Source of the DNA: Hyphochytrium catenoides
Taxonomy: Eukaryota; Protista; Hyphochytriomycota
Direction: 5' to 3'
Assembly (NCBI GenBank): GCA_900088475.1
Contig: FLMG01004535.1
Coordinates: forward strand, 62,001-126,000
Length of the DNA: 64,000 bases
The notes under the pieces are model-generated. The model saw nothing but the letters and a program-made list of their open reading frames with translations. It was not told where the DNA came from and searched no databases. Numbering within the stretch: position 1 is the stretch's first letter; each line of letters begins with the position of its first letter. Below, in pieces: positions 25,197 to 37,755 of the stretch. A program made the position numbers and the translations under genes.

Positions 25197-26421
25197 CTAG
25201 TCTCGTCGCCTTTCTTTGCTTTTACTGCCATCTCTAGCGGGTACAGCTTCAATCTCTTCTATGATAAGTCGGGCAAAGGCTGGTGCCAGAGGGATAAGCA
25301 CTAGGCCACAGATGAGTAGAAAGAGCAGAAGAGGCAGTGCCGTTGAGGGTAGAAATCCCAGTATAAGGGGATCAAGAAGGAGAGAGAAGGACGTAACTTG
25401 CTCTCTCTCTTTATAGAACGGCGAGACCCCTTCAGGGCGGGCGTGGATCCGAAGGATAGATCCGACCCAACGACCCTTCTCCCCAGAGACAATCTCGGTC
25501 AGTGGCTGGATTCTTGCCAGGTCGTCAGAATTGATGATAAGCTTCTCGACGTTGAGATTGCGTCGAAGCCGGAGAGGCCGATCACGGTCGAGAGAGTCAG
25601 TGGGTCCTCCTGGCTGGCTCCTAGAACCAAGCTGCAACCTCGAGATCAGTCATCGGAAAGAGTAGAAGTATGGCTAGAGATCAGGGACATCCCTTAAGCG
25701 GAGGAGTAGATCATACAATAAAAGAAGGAGATACTAAGGCAAAGGAACTGGCTTTTACCTGGGAGCTGTCGACAGTGTTGAGCTCAACTAGGTGTAGAAG
25801 CTGGAACGAGAAAATTGTGGGCTGGATCGCGGGATAAGACAGCTTAACCTGAGGATAATACCACTGCCCTTAGAGTTCCACGACGCCAAAAAGCGGAGGA
25901 AAGGGATAGCGTTATAGCTCGTCAAAGGGGAAGAGCGTAGAAGAATCTCTCGTACGAAGCTTCGCAAAATCCTTAGTAGGACAAGCTTGACGAAGTCGAG
26001 GAGGTGACTTGAAGGAGCGCACACGATAAACAAAAAGTGCAAGAGTTGGAAAAAACGCAATGGTGGTAAGGCTTGACTAGGAAGAGACAGAAGAGGCTAG
26101 TCTCCCCCTTGCTCCACGACACCTTACCTCATACTTGGTGCTAGGCTTCAGATCAGATATCCCATAGAACTTGCTCTGGTTAACGCCAATAGTCTGGTTA
26201 TACAACGTCGCCCCTGGTGTAAGAAGGCTTGACACTATCTCATGGGGAAAGGTCTCCGTCAAGACCCAGACCTCCTCTTCTCCAGCGAATAAGTGGTTAA
26301 ATGGTATCGGACCTCTGTTTTTGGTAGAGAACGAGAATTCCCGTACATAGGATGTAAGGCCATGGATCTCATTTATCAGGAGAAGGAGTTGGAGCGTCCA
26401 AAAGTAATGAAAGCACTTCAT
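25197..26421 (-). CDS. conserved uncharacterised protein with signal peptide and C-terminal TM helix (272 aa, 3 exons)
   Basis: Exons 26421-26128, 25848-25759 and 25631-25197, phase-0 GT-AG. Signal peptide MKCFHYFWTLQLLLLINEIHG. Motifs LKPSTKYEVKLSYPAIQP and RRNLNVEKLII. TM LPLLLFLLICGLVLIPLA, then a charged tail. Confidence 0.8.
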
Positions 26422-27112
26422 AACTGATGCTGGACTTCAAGTCAAAAGTATATCCTGGACTCCTGCCTTCGTGGCTGCTCTCCAGCATTTCTTGACTAAA
26501 GCGCTATTCTCTGAGGCTCTGCATTGCATGCGCCACAAGCTCTTGATACAAGCTTGCAAGAGTCTCTATGGGATGGGTCCGTAGACTGTCAGACTCCATT
26601 TCTGCTTTCTGAAGATTATTGCGGCTCTGTGTCTCTGTGTCTTTCCAGCGATGGAGCCGTTAACCGCTCTAAGTATCCTAGGTTGAGCAGTGAGATCGTC
26701 TACGATTTCGGCAAATATGGTTCTTACTTCTTGGTTTGGGTCAGAATAATAATAGGAAACACGACAATGGACTCCTTACTGAGGTCTGAATATTGACAAT
26801 ATTGGTGAAGCAAAATCCAAATCTACCATTTCACAGGGTTCCCCCTGGACTTTCATTGTCCCCTCTGTGATTGCCTTCTAGAACCAGAGATGCGAACCAG
26901 AGGACCTTAAGCCCAGGAAGGCCCACAAAAGCTTCAGAAATCAAATTCGAGCTCGGTGAATCTTCATCTGAGAAATCTCCGCTCTACTGGAGGTCACGGT
27001 GAGACGTTTATAGTCGCAAGTTCTAAGCGGAGGTGTGTTGATCTGAGCACTGACCTGGTGATGTTATTCGTATGCTAATAGTGAAAAGTTGGAATAGGTA
27101 GCCACGACAACC

Positions 27113-27631
27113 ATGGACATCAAAGCTCTTGCCACACAGTTCTGCCAGTTTTACTATGATCAGCTGCAGCAACAACCCGCACAGCGCGTATCCTTAAGAA
27201 ACCTATACGTACGTCGCTAGGATCGGATGTCACGAGAAGTGGTTATGCGGCTGCATCGTTCTAACTCTGCCGCCTCCTGTACGCATTTTAGCAAGCTGGC
27301 TCAAGCCTCCATTATGAAGGTGGAGACGCCATTCAAGGCGCAGATAACATCATCGCCAAGTTTACCTCCTTGCCAGCAATGCGGTTTCATCCTCAGACCA
27401 TAGACGTGCAGAAGGGTCCTCATGAGTCCTTCATTGTCATCTTCGTGACTGGACAGATCTCGGTAAACCTATTGCTACCTCATCGACCCGCTTGTCTTCC
27501 TCCTAAACTCTTTGTCACCATAGATTGACAGCGAGAACCCGCTGAAGTATGCGCAGACCTTCCAACTCGTCCAGGGAGGTCCAGGGCAATTCTACGTGCA
27601 CAACGATATCTTCCGTCTAAACTACGCGTAA
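27113..27631 (+). CDS. NTF2: nuclear transport factor 2 (124 aa, 3 exons; absent from the ORF track)
   Basis: Exons 27113-27208, 27292-27462 and 27524-27631 give MDIKALATQFCQFYYDQ..LRNLY|QAGSSLHYEGGDAIQGADNIIAKFTSLP..TIDVQ..IFVTGQIS|IDSENPLKYAQTFQL..FYVHNDIFRLNYA*, the classic NTF2 pattern. Confidence 0.95.
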
Positions 27632-27727
27632 CTGTGGCGATTGCAACCAGTCTGGCGGAACATGGTGACATGGACGGTGGGAAGAGGGGACTATTGAACC
27701 AGAGCAACAAGGACCAGGACTAGGTCC

Positions 27728-27745
27728 AATAAATAAATTATATAA
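27728..27745 (+). terminator. candidate polyadenylation signal (overlapping AATAAA) between convergent NTF2 and apyrase-like genes
   Basis: aataaataaattatataa lies about 100 nt after the NTF2 stop. Confidence 0.45.
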
Positions 27746-27837
27746 AGAGTGGCCATACGAGTACCCCGCTAAAGGGCTGCGAGAGGCCATGCTGCTTGCT
27801 CTTCGACTCCGCGTTAACAATGCCAGCTTCGATCTAG

Positions 27838-28995
27838 CTACGGCATGAAGAACAGCCCTTCATAACGTGCGCCGTTCAGAGTTGCGGGTGACCCTTGCAT
27901 ATCTCCATCGTCGAGGTTGAAGACATAGACAGAAGTGCTTTGGTCTGCAGGCTTTCTGCTTGTTTTCAGTGCGATGACCGTTTTGTCGGCAGAGTTGGGG
28001 ACGAACCTGAGAGCGGAGAAGCCATCATCTGAGTCATTCTTTGCAATAGGAAGCTTCCTCGCTTCTACGCTAGAGAAGTCATCGTTTGCTAGAAGTAGCA
28101 AGGTATCCTCAGCCGGCATAGGTGCAGGCACCCGCTGCGGAACAAAGATCCAAAGCCTAAGATAATTGCTCCAAAGAACAGCACGATGAAGCAGCTTATT
28201 TTCCGGGGCTATCCCAGCTGCCTTCTTCAGCCTTGCATACATATTTGTCCAGTCTTGGTATTCCACTTGCCCGGTTAGCGAGATACGAGCCACCCAACGG
28301 TCTTCGTCGAAGGTCTCTGCTTCAGGGCCAGGTATTAACTCGTCTGCTGCGCTGCCGACGTATAGCACACCTTCTTTGGCGGTTGCCCATGCCATGCGTT
28401 TTATCCGGGATGACTCATCACCTTGCTTTGCATTCACAATATGTCTGGGCGCAAGAAAGAACTTGCCCGTTTCTGAGCTGCGTAGCATCTCATAGATAAC
28501 GCCAGTAGCTCCGTCCAGTGCCAGATAGCGCCCTCCAAACTCCACAGCTTCTGTTAGCTCGAGACCTCTACCGCCGTGGTTCCTAGATACAGACATCCGC
28601 TGCTGGTTCTTCCAATCTATGGTAAAGTGCTTGAGATCGTCTGCATGAAGTTGACCGGTGACGATGATGCTTTCATATCTCTCTCCTTTCTTGGAGTGAA
28701 CACCCAGATTGGCGGTGGACGCCAACATCAAAGTAGATGCTATGTTGCGACTATTATCTACCAATCCACTGCCATGGGAGCTGCCAGGGTGACGCAGACG
28801 TTGCTCTAGCAGTAGCGGAGAGGATGCCTCAGAGTATACGATGTTGCTGTTCGCCTGTTTGGATACAAGGGTGGTAAAGTAGACCGCCAGCAAAAAGGTA
28901 GCTGCAATGCATGTAAGGAGTGCTTCCCGCCTTCTTTGGCGCCTGACAAGTAGAACCAGCCTCTGAAAACGATAATGCAATAGGCGAAGATTCAT
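27838..28995 (-). CDS. CANT1: divergent calcium-activated nucleotidase (CANT1/apyrase-like, 5-bladed propeller), type II membrane anchor, intronless; probably catalytically impaired
   Basis: 385-aa ORF with a basic N-terminus plus TM. Motifs GRGLELTE, ATGVIYE, LYVGS, DWTNMY, HRAVLWS..WIFVP, GFSALRFVP, IALKT and RYEGLFF align by eye with CANT1 blocks. Confidence 0.82.
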   Translation of the reverse strand: MNLRLLHYRFQRLVLLVRRQRRREALLTCIAATFLLAVYFTTLVSKQANSNIVYSEASSPLLLEQRLRHPGSSHGSGLVDNSRNIASTLMLASTANLGVHSKKGERYESIIVTGQLHADDLKHFTIDWKNQQRMSVSRNHGGRGLELTEAVEFGGRYLALDGATGVIYEMLRSSETGKFFLAPRHIVNAKQGDESSRIKRMAWATAKEGVLYVGSAADELIPGPEAETFDEDRWVARISLTGQVEYQDWTNMYARLKKAAGIAPENKLLHRAVLWSNYLRLWIFVPQRVPAPMPAEDTLLLLANDDFSSVEARKLPIAKNDSDDGFSALRFVPNSADKTVIALKTSRKPADQSTSVYVFNLDDGDMQGSPATLNGARYEGLFFMP

Positions 28996-29791
28996 TAGTC
29001 GCTCGCTGCGGATGCTACCGACCTAATAAGGGCGGATTCACCGGACGCAAGATGACCGCTTCATCATAGTCCTTGACACTCTTTGCAGAGCGGAAGTAAG
29101 GCGGTTACATCGTTGACGGTTCAGCTGTCATAAGCTAGAGCACCAGGCGCTTCCTCATGATGCTTTCTCCCTCTCCTCTAACTAGGACCCGTGTACGGTG
29201 GCCACGGTAAGGATCCAATGAGCTCCTTCTCTGCTCCCAGACAGGTCATAACGCCTTCTGGAGACCCGAAGCCCGCGTCGCATTACGTCTCCACCAGCGC
29301 TGATGAAGACCTGAAACCTGTCAGAGACAGAGACGGCCGCGCTGATGACAGAAGATAAAAGTCTAATCACCATTTGGCTCTTCTGATCTAAGAATCAGAG
29401 CGTCTTGACAACTAAGACATGGCAATTTGGCGCCAATCACTTGAGGCGTTTTCTTACTAACTCCTAAGGGAGCCATAATAGGGTTTAGTACGCCACCTGT
29501 TCGCAGTACTCCCCCAGAGGTGATGCCAGTACTGTAAGAATTACTGATCTGTAGAGGTGAGAGATAGGTTATCCGGGATAAGGTGACTTCTTATTGTTTG
29601 GAGTTGAAGAGGTCTTTTTTGGTCGTTCTCGTTGCTCCTCCCATAATTGGTGCTTTTCTCTCTCTCTCTCTCTCTGACTCTCTCTCTCTCTTTCCCTCTC
29701 TCTCTCTCNNNNNNNNNNNNNNNNNNNNNNNNNNNNNNNNNNNNNNNNNNNNNNNNNTTTCCTCTCTCTCTCTCTCCCGTCTCTCTCTTTG

Positions 29792-29823
<32 letters not shown>

Positions 29824-30533
29824 CTTTCTTTCTCTCTGTCGTCTATCTTCTCATCTTCTCTTTTCCGTTCTTGCTCTGGCTCTTCTTTCCCTCACACACA
29901 TTGGCGGCGCGCACCAAGCCTTTGGCCCCGCAACAGGTGCCGCATTGTGTTTGGATAGTTGTGGAAGCTCTGGCGCTAGCTGCAGCGCTAATATTATTGA
30001 TCCTCCTCCCAGGTTTATCTCATGGTGTCTTCAGAGCGGGCATCGCAGCGTGAGCCGAGCAAGTAGACCAGCTAACGCCAGAACGCCGTGATCGTAAAGG
30101 CCAAGGGTCCCATTGAGCCCGGCCCTGGCGCTTTGACTTGGGTCCTTTCAGGACGCTAAGGTATGAGGGTGGGGGCAATGGGGGAATGTGCGGGTGTTTC
30201 TCTGCTGTGAATGTGAAGCATATTGCGGCCGGACGGCGGCAGCTTGTGGAAGTGAGCTAGAGTACGCATCTGACGCTATGTGTGGCGCTCCTTGCAGAAT
30301 CTGCGTCATCGAGACAGACGGAGGAGAGCTTGCTCATGGCCTAAGTTCCTTGCTTGGGCCCTGACCCAGCAGGAGCGACAGTCAAAGCGTCCCGACCTAG
30401 CCAAAATGGAGCTGCGAGCTGCCAACACAACTTAAAGACGGCACAATCTCAAGAAGAGAGGTCCGACCTCCTAACCTAGGAGTTTCTAGGGCATCGCCTT
30501 ACGCCTGCCTTCATTGTCAAAGGGCAGGACAGG

Positions 30534-31679
30534 ATGGGCAACACACCCTCCATTGGGCGGGTCCTTTGGCGCGCTGCTGATCAAGGGAACGCGGAGAAAG
30601 TGGATGAGATTGGCAAGTGGATCCACTCGCATTATATGACACGCTTTGAGATCGCCGACATCTTAGAATGGACCGACCGGCGCGGGCTAACCCCGCTGAT
30701 GATAGCCATTCTTCGGCGGCACTCCTGCATTGTCAGGTAATGGCATCCCGTCTGGACCAGTGAATAGCTATCTTCTCTCTGCGCCTGATTGCACCGCTCT
30801 CCTGACTATCCATAGTTTGCCAAGCAAAAAGGCGATTCTCTCTGTTTAGTCTTGTCTGGTTCTGCTGTTCCATCTTAAGAGGCACACTACCCTCGTTGCC
30901 TGGTAGTACTACTGCTACCTCTGTTCCTGGGCTGGCTTTTCTGTTCACCATCTTCTTTCCCTTTTGATGATCTCAATGGGCCAGTGCTTGGTAGCTCATC
31001 TGTTCCCTTGTCGCTGACGGTACAATGGTCTCGTTTCCTCGTTGGTCGATTCATCGTGTTCTCTTTGCTGTTTCCTTGTTTGCCCTCACGTTCTGTCCTC
31101 CTTGCTCGTAGAATGCTGTTAGAGATGGGAGCGGACGTTAACAGCCAGAACAACAAAGATAAAGTGAACTCAGCGCTTCATTATGCCGCTAAGGTGGACA
31201 GCGTGGTGATTATTGATCTGTTGCTTCAACGCAACGCCAATCCTCTAGCTCTCAACAGCCTGGGATTGACGCCTAAGGACGTGGCGTTGCTAAGACGCAA
31301 TTGGAAGAGTTTTACTCTTCTCTGCGATGCCGTCAAATTCTTTGATGGCATGCTGCACTACCAAGTGACGGCACAGGTAATAGAGACTTCCTCTGCTATT
31401 CTCTCTGTCTCTTTCCTCTCCTCTCCGTCTCATTGCTTTCTCGCCTTTCTCTCTCTCTCTCTCTCTATTGCCTGCTCACTCTTACTCTTCTCTTTCTCTG
31501 TAGCTCTCTGTCTCTACATCTTTCTCTCACTTCAGCGGCTTCGACCTGTCAGTCTATGACATCCTTCAGCTGCTCACAGCAAAGGTTACGCGCTGCACCT
31601 AAACCTCCACACACGTTTTTTGAGCCACCTCTGGACTTTGCGACTGACTTTAGTTTGCCTCCTCCATCGCTATCTCCCT

Positions 31680-31718
<39 letters not shown>

Positions 31719-32125
31719 TTTCTCCCTTGTTTCTCCCTTTTTCTCTCTGCCTCTCTTTTGCTCTCTTTTGCTCTTCTTCCTTGTTTTTCTTATGGGCGTA
31801 TTGTCAGCAACGGCCCGAGTACCTATGGGGAAATCCTCCAGGGTCTTGGCGCTCTCGACGGGTGCTGCTGCTGGAGACTGAAGATCCTAATATGGTAGAG
31901 ATGGTGCTCATCAGAGAGAATCTCCCTTCTCTCTTGGTATTCGTGTCTAAAGAGATGGGAGTGAAGCACTCTAGCACCTCTGCAGGGTACGGTCTGGTGT
32001 CTCGTTGGCAAGCTTCATAGTCTGTCTCTCTGTCTCTCTCTCTGTCTCTCTCTCTCTCTGTCTCTCTCTCTCTCTGTCTCTCTCTCTCTCTTTTTCTCTC
32101 TCTCTTCTTTCTCTCTCTCTCTCTC

Positions 32126-32166
<41 letters not shown>

Positions 32167-32653
32167 GTTGACATCGTCTTATCAGCCATTTACATGGCAT
32201 CTCTTGCACTATCCCGGCAAGGACACAGCTTGCAGTGCTTCCTCTTTACTCAGGGCTGCTTGAGTCGTGGGGCCTTTTACAGAGTCTTAACGGACCCTCG
32301 TTTTGCTCTCTGCTAGGTCTCACATCATCAACTTTTGGGGCTCTAAGCAGAAGATCACCTATAACGCTAAGAAATTCCATCGCTGCTGCCTAGAGGAGAA
32401 CCTGGCTCAGCTGGGCTTTGTCTGCCCCTCGCCTCAGCTTTTTGAGGCGCTGTATGACGCGCTTACGACTGTCGGGTTCGAAGTTGAGAGCTCTCCCTCT
32501 TATCAGCATCAGAGTCCTTGGGCAGAAGCTGTGGTCCTCGCAGAAGAGGAAGAACCGACGGAGGAGCTCACGGAGGGTGAGTCATGAGGATACCTGTCTC
32601 TCTCTTGGCCCCCAATACCTGTCTCTCTCTCGGCCTCCACACACCCAAACACC

Positions 32654-32693
<40 letters not shown>

Positions 32694-33235
32694 TCTTTCT
32701 TTCTCTTCTTCTTCTTCTTCGTCTGCCTGAACGTGCTTTAATAACTGACAATTGTTAGGCCATTCGTCTCTCTCCCCTTGAGACTCTCGCCCTATGTTTT
32801 TATTGGCGCCAAAGCGGACATTATTCAATACAGCCTGACGACGTTTTTCTTTTTCTCTCCCCCTTTGTGTGATCAACAGGGGAACTCCCCGCAGCGCACG
32901 CAGTGATGGAAGAACCAATTCGCCGACGGATCTCTCTATTCTCTTCTACACTCTCCCTTCCTTGTCCAGAGACCTTCGACCCGTCGATGCGCCTCGGTCT
33001 CTCGCAATCAACGCTAGGCTTAGCACCTGACGCACCAAATTGGAATTACGGAGCCGCTGTCATCGCGACCCCCGCCTCCTACCTCGCTCAGGAGCCATCG
33101 ACAAACATCTCCCACCAAGTCTCAGCCTCTCTCCTGGATCCCCGAAGGTACATGAGACGAAGAGTGCATGCCCGTACCTACTGCGGCGGCGGATCAGAAG
33201 CTGAAGCCTGTCCTACAGACTTGAGAGCACTCTGA
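30534..33235 (+). CDS. N-myristoylated ankyrin-repeat protein (XBAT34/35-like N-terminal half, no RING seen), about 5 exons
   Basis: MGNTPS start. Ankyrin motifs LEWTDRRGLTPLMIA, LLEMGADVN, SALHYAA, LLLQRNANPLALNSLGLTP, followed by FFDGMLH..SWRSRRVLL. Exons near 30534-30736, 31112-31376, 31808-32000, 32317-32576 and 32880-33235. Confidence 0.82.
32020..32165. repeat. (CT)n microsatellite in an ankyrin-gene intron
   Basis: Visible tract. Confidence 0.9.
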
Positions 33236-33918
33236 AGAGATGCATATATATAGAGAGAGAAGCTTTTATTTTTCGATAGAATCAGCAAGAGGTCGAGCGG
33301 TACCAGCTCTGGGCAAGCACTCTTGCCTACGCGAGGAGGTTTAGAAGAAGAACCGGAAGGCTTTGACATGAACATCAGCACTTTCTAGATGCAACAGTTC
33401 CAGGCTTGCTACGGTCAGTCCATCCTCGCTACCGCCCCCACACTTATTTAGCGCTACGGTCAAGTCCTTCGAGAGACAAAGGTCAAGGGTCTATCCACAC
33501 ACGAGGCTCAGCGCAACCAATAAACATCAATTATACAGCTATACTGGCACACTCCGCGTGTTAAGTCAGGGGCCCAACAAAGGGCTAAAAGCCTCAATGT
33601 TAAGGCACTCTCTCTCTTTCTCTCTCTGTTTGTCCTCCTATCCGCCGCTTCGTTTGGGACGAAGGCTGACTTCTCTCTCTGTCTCGAGCCAGTTACCAAA
33701 GAAATATCTCTTTCTCCCCTGTCTCTCCCATAGAAATGTACCTTTGTGTTTGATGCTGTCCTGTCACGGGTCCATTGAATATTGAGATCATTCTTACTAA
33801 TAACGCAGGCAATAATACATAGAGGGGGAAAAAAGCAGGGCAAAAGGATGCTAGGACACAACCTCCAGCTTGACCTCGCTGGAGCATAAATAACACTCTC
33901 TTCTGACGTTTCTCTCTT

Positions 33919-33953
<35 letters not shown>

Positions 33954-34095
33954 CTTGCCGTCACTCACATATGGTACAACTACACCTGGAAAGGGTAGTG
34001 GAGGAGATGGAGCACTTCCTTCTCCAGTATGGTACTTCCCGTGCTTGCAGTCTTTGGTGCAAAGGCTACGTACGGAGCCACCGCGCATTGCAGTG

Positions 34096-37051
34096 TTAAG
34101 GCGCTGTCGGCTCTTTTCCTTCGTCATTGCTCGGTCTTGGCTCTTCTGTCCTCTCTTCGTTATTGCTCGAGCTTGGGTCCTCTGCCCTCTCTTTCTCAAT
34201 TTCTGCGCCTTCAACCTCCTCTGGTGCCCTCTCCTCATCCTCCAAATGGCCTTCGAGGTCTCCATCCTCACTCCCTTCTGTCTGATGCAGGACTAGGATA
34301 ATGACGGATACATTGTCTCCGCTGCCCATTGTGACGGCATACTTGGCTAAGTCTTCAGCGGCTTGCTGCGCATTCATGCACTCTTCGCTGGTCAGCCGAC
34401 TCTGAACATAGTTCACCACCTACATGGGCAAGCGCGTGTAAGAAGAAAATGGAGGATGGGGGACAAGAAGCGATAAGGCAGAGGTGGTGAAGATGCCAAC
34501 ATTGCCATCTCCCCAGCTCTGTGGCCAGCTGGATGAAGACCTATCTTTATCCTAGCTTACCTTTTGTGGCGTGAGCACGTCAAATAGTCCATCACAACCG
34601 AGCACAAGGAACTCATCCTCTGGGTGGATCGGCCTGCTGACCACATGCGGCTGTGAGGTCACTAGGTCCCCCTGGAATTTATCTTTATACTGGCCCCGCG
34701 AGGTCTTGAAGTCTCGGTCCCCTATAGCGCGGGCGACAGCCAGCACGCCATACACTCTTGCGTTGATGACACGGCCTCCAGCATATTCGATGCGTTTTCG
34801 CTCTCTGCAAACCAGTATCATATGATACGGTGAGCGCATGATAGCATCAGACGCAGTACGGAAACGAAAGGAAAAGGGACAAAAGAAAAGGACGGAGTGT
34901 GAGGACAGACAAGAGCGAAAGAGAGGGAGAAGAGTGCGGAGTAACTTCTCCAGAAAAAGGAACCCTCAGAATGAGAAGTAGTACTTCTCGATACACAGCT
35001 CGCACGATAGTGAAGGACGACTGAAGTGCCGGTGCTCCATAGCAGCAAAAGCACGATCTCGCCAAAAAGAGACAGTCTAAAGGAGGCTTACTTAGGATTG
35101 TCTGGCTTGTGCATCTCGCACAAGTCTATCGCTTTGCCTGCCCTGCAGAGTACAGCTTGAGAGTCTCCGACTGAGAAGGCAACCAGTTCCTCCTCCGCCA
35201 TGATGACACCAATCAAAGTACTACCGCTATCGTCGCCAGTAGCAAGAAACTCTTCGTCCGAGGCTTGGATACCCTTAGCGGCGGCCCGTGATAGGTCATC
35301 GGTGTGAGAGAGTTGGGCAAGAATGTTGGAGTGCAGCCGTGTGCTGAGATACTGAGAAGCACCTAAGCCGTTATGCCCGTCATATATGCCTACCAAGAAA
35401 AGATAGAATAGAATAGCCGGCGGGAGCCAGAGAGATCAGGTGCATGTGAGAGACAGAATGAATGAAGAAGAGAAAGAAGACAGAGGATTTATCTTCCTCA
35501 GCATTCCAGTCAAGCAAGCAAAGTTGACTGAGTCAACAATGGTCCAACGACAGAGACAACGAGCTAAAGGAGTAACATAAGCACCAGACCAGGCAGCAAG
35601 ACTGAAAACAGCGGACTAGGATGTAAGCGGCCTGGGGCTTGGCTAAGACAGAACAGGCAGTGCCGTAGAGCTAGGAAAGAGCACTGAAGCCGCAAAGAGG
35701 AGACCGATGAAGGGAGAAAGGATGTTAACGAAGTCCTAGAAGGCGCAGCACCCAATGACAGGAGAGAAGGAGGAGGAGTAGAGAGGAACCGGTTCATGTT
35801 CTCTCATAATGAAGGCCTGCGATGAAAAGAGGCACCCTCTTACCGAAGAAGCCAAAGTACTTGCCCTCCTTCTCCAGCCAGAGGCAGGTTACCTTGTCCT
35901 CCATGTACTCGCACCGCCCTCTCGTGCTGTACTGCCCATATCGCACGTTCAAGAACTATGGAGCAGACGGTTAAGCCAAAGGTGCTTTTTAGATATGGTT
36001 GAGAGTGGTCAGAGGAGGGCACTTAGCTCTAGGCCAAAGAAGGTCTAAAGGATAGCTGGTGTGAGGATATAGGTACCGAAGCGTCAGAAGAGAGGGGACG
36101 CGCGGGCTGCTGTCTCTACCTTATGGTGCTGACTGAGAGGGGCTTTGATCTGAAGAGGAGAGGAGCAGGGATGCTTGACAATGGAGCGGCGGTATCGTGG
36201 GAGAGAGACTGGCTCATGGAAAGAAGAAGTGTCTAGGTCTTGAAAGATGTACTGGAGAGCAAGGCGACCTGCGGGAGACTTCACCCTATGACGTGAAGGA
36301 GCGAGGTCAATCATCTGTCCAAGAACTGGAGTTATGTATTTCTCTCTCTCGTTCACGCAACAACTCCCTCTCGCCTTCTCAATTTCCTAAGACGCACTGC
36401 GACTGTCACTCTGTCTTTTCTTCTCTTCCCATCACTTTCTTGCCGCTTCTCTGACCAGCAGCAGCAGCCTCACTTACATTTTCCTTTCCTCGCCGAGATC
36501 CGCCACCCCAATGACCTCTCGCGCTGCAACGTTGGCCCGCCACTGTGACAACTCCTCAATGGACCGATTAGTCGAAGACCTAGCAGGGCAAGAGGGTGAC
36601 GAAGAGGTGCCCAAGGGAGAGCGAACGGAAAGAGTTTGGGGGTGAATGAAAGAGAAGGGTGATAGCACACAATGCAGCATTTCTCTCCTCCTGTCCCATT
36701 GCCGGTCTCGTCCTGCTCAATAGTCTTGTTCTATCTCTTCCTCTCCCTCGGTGCTGCTTCTCTTGCGTGACTGCCTCTTTGTCCTTCTCTCGCCTTCTTT
36801 CTTAGGTGCTCTCGAGCTTCCTCCTTTCTCATTCATCATCATGCCACTACCTGCTCCATTCTCCTCTCTTTCCCTTTTCTCTCCTTCCATCTTCACGCGC
36901 TTCTTTCTTCTGTTCTGGCCGTCAACCAGGTGGCTTACCTGCCTCTAATGGACAGATTTATGCTCTTCGTGCTGGCCAGACGCTCATCCGCTGGCACCGG
37001 ATGAGAAAAGACGCGGTCAGACTGCTTCTCCCGGCTGGGAATACAGCCCAT
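34096..37051 (-). CDS. PP2C/PPM protein phosphatase with N-terminal MGC acylation motif and acidic C-terminal tail, about 7 exons
   Basis: Start MGCIPSREK at 37051. Motifs RGRCEYMEDK, FFG|IYDGHNG, DSGST, SVGDSQAVL, HKPD, ERKRIEYAGG, RVYGVLAVARAIGD, DEFLVLGCDGLFDV, GSGDNVSVI. Confidence 0.92.
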
Positions 37052-37711
37052 GGCAGCTCAGATGAAGCCACTGTCAAACCACGCTAAGAGAGAAGGGAAG
37101 TGGAAGAGAGGGGCAAAGAAGACAGACCGAGGTCACATGTCCTCCCCAAGTGTTGATCTCACTGGCCTAGCTTTCTAGAGGTTGAGTCCTAGTGTCCTCT
37201 AGAGGTCTGGTTCATGCCAAAGACAGAAGGAGCCACACATTGCGCAGAGCAGCCTATAGGCTCTTCCGCTAGTCAAGAGGAGATGACGAAGACAGCAGAG
37301 ACTTAGAAAGATTGTAATAGGGACAGACGAAGAGATAGGAGAGCGCAAGGATAAGAGGCGTGGAGAGAAGAGAGAGAGGAAGCTTCAGGAACGTGGGCAA
37401 GACAAGAGCTCCAAGCTGAAAAGGGTCAAAAGCTTGCAGACACCGGCCGTCTTGGATAGGAGCGAGCACTGGTAGGATAATGACAGCGGGACAGCAGAAG
37501 CAGAAAGAGCTTGATCGTCTCAAGGTGTCAGCGAGAGGAGAGAACAGAAGTTTGCCGATGATGGCGATGATGAGATTGGAAAATTTCACGAAGATCTGCA
37601 CAGGAGCACGCATTCTGCTTGCATCAAGGTCGGCAGTTTGAGACAGAACAAAGAACTGGGGCAGCAAAAGGAGGGAGACGAGAGAGAGGGAGAGAGAGAC
37701 AGAGAGAAGGG

Positions 37712-37755
<44 letters not shown>

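Noticed and set aside
32009-32015. Possible GC-AG intron donor (TG|gcaagc) in the ankyrin gene
   Set aside because: A canonical GT donor in the same phase exists about 20 nt upstream (GG|gtacgg), so a non-canonical site is not required.
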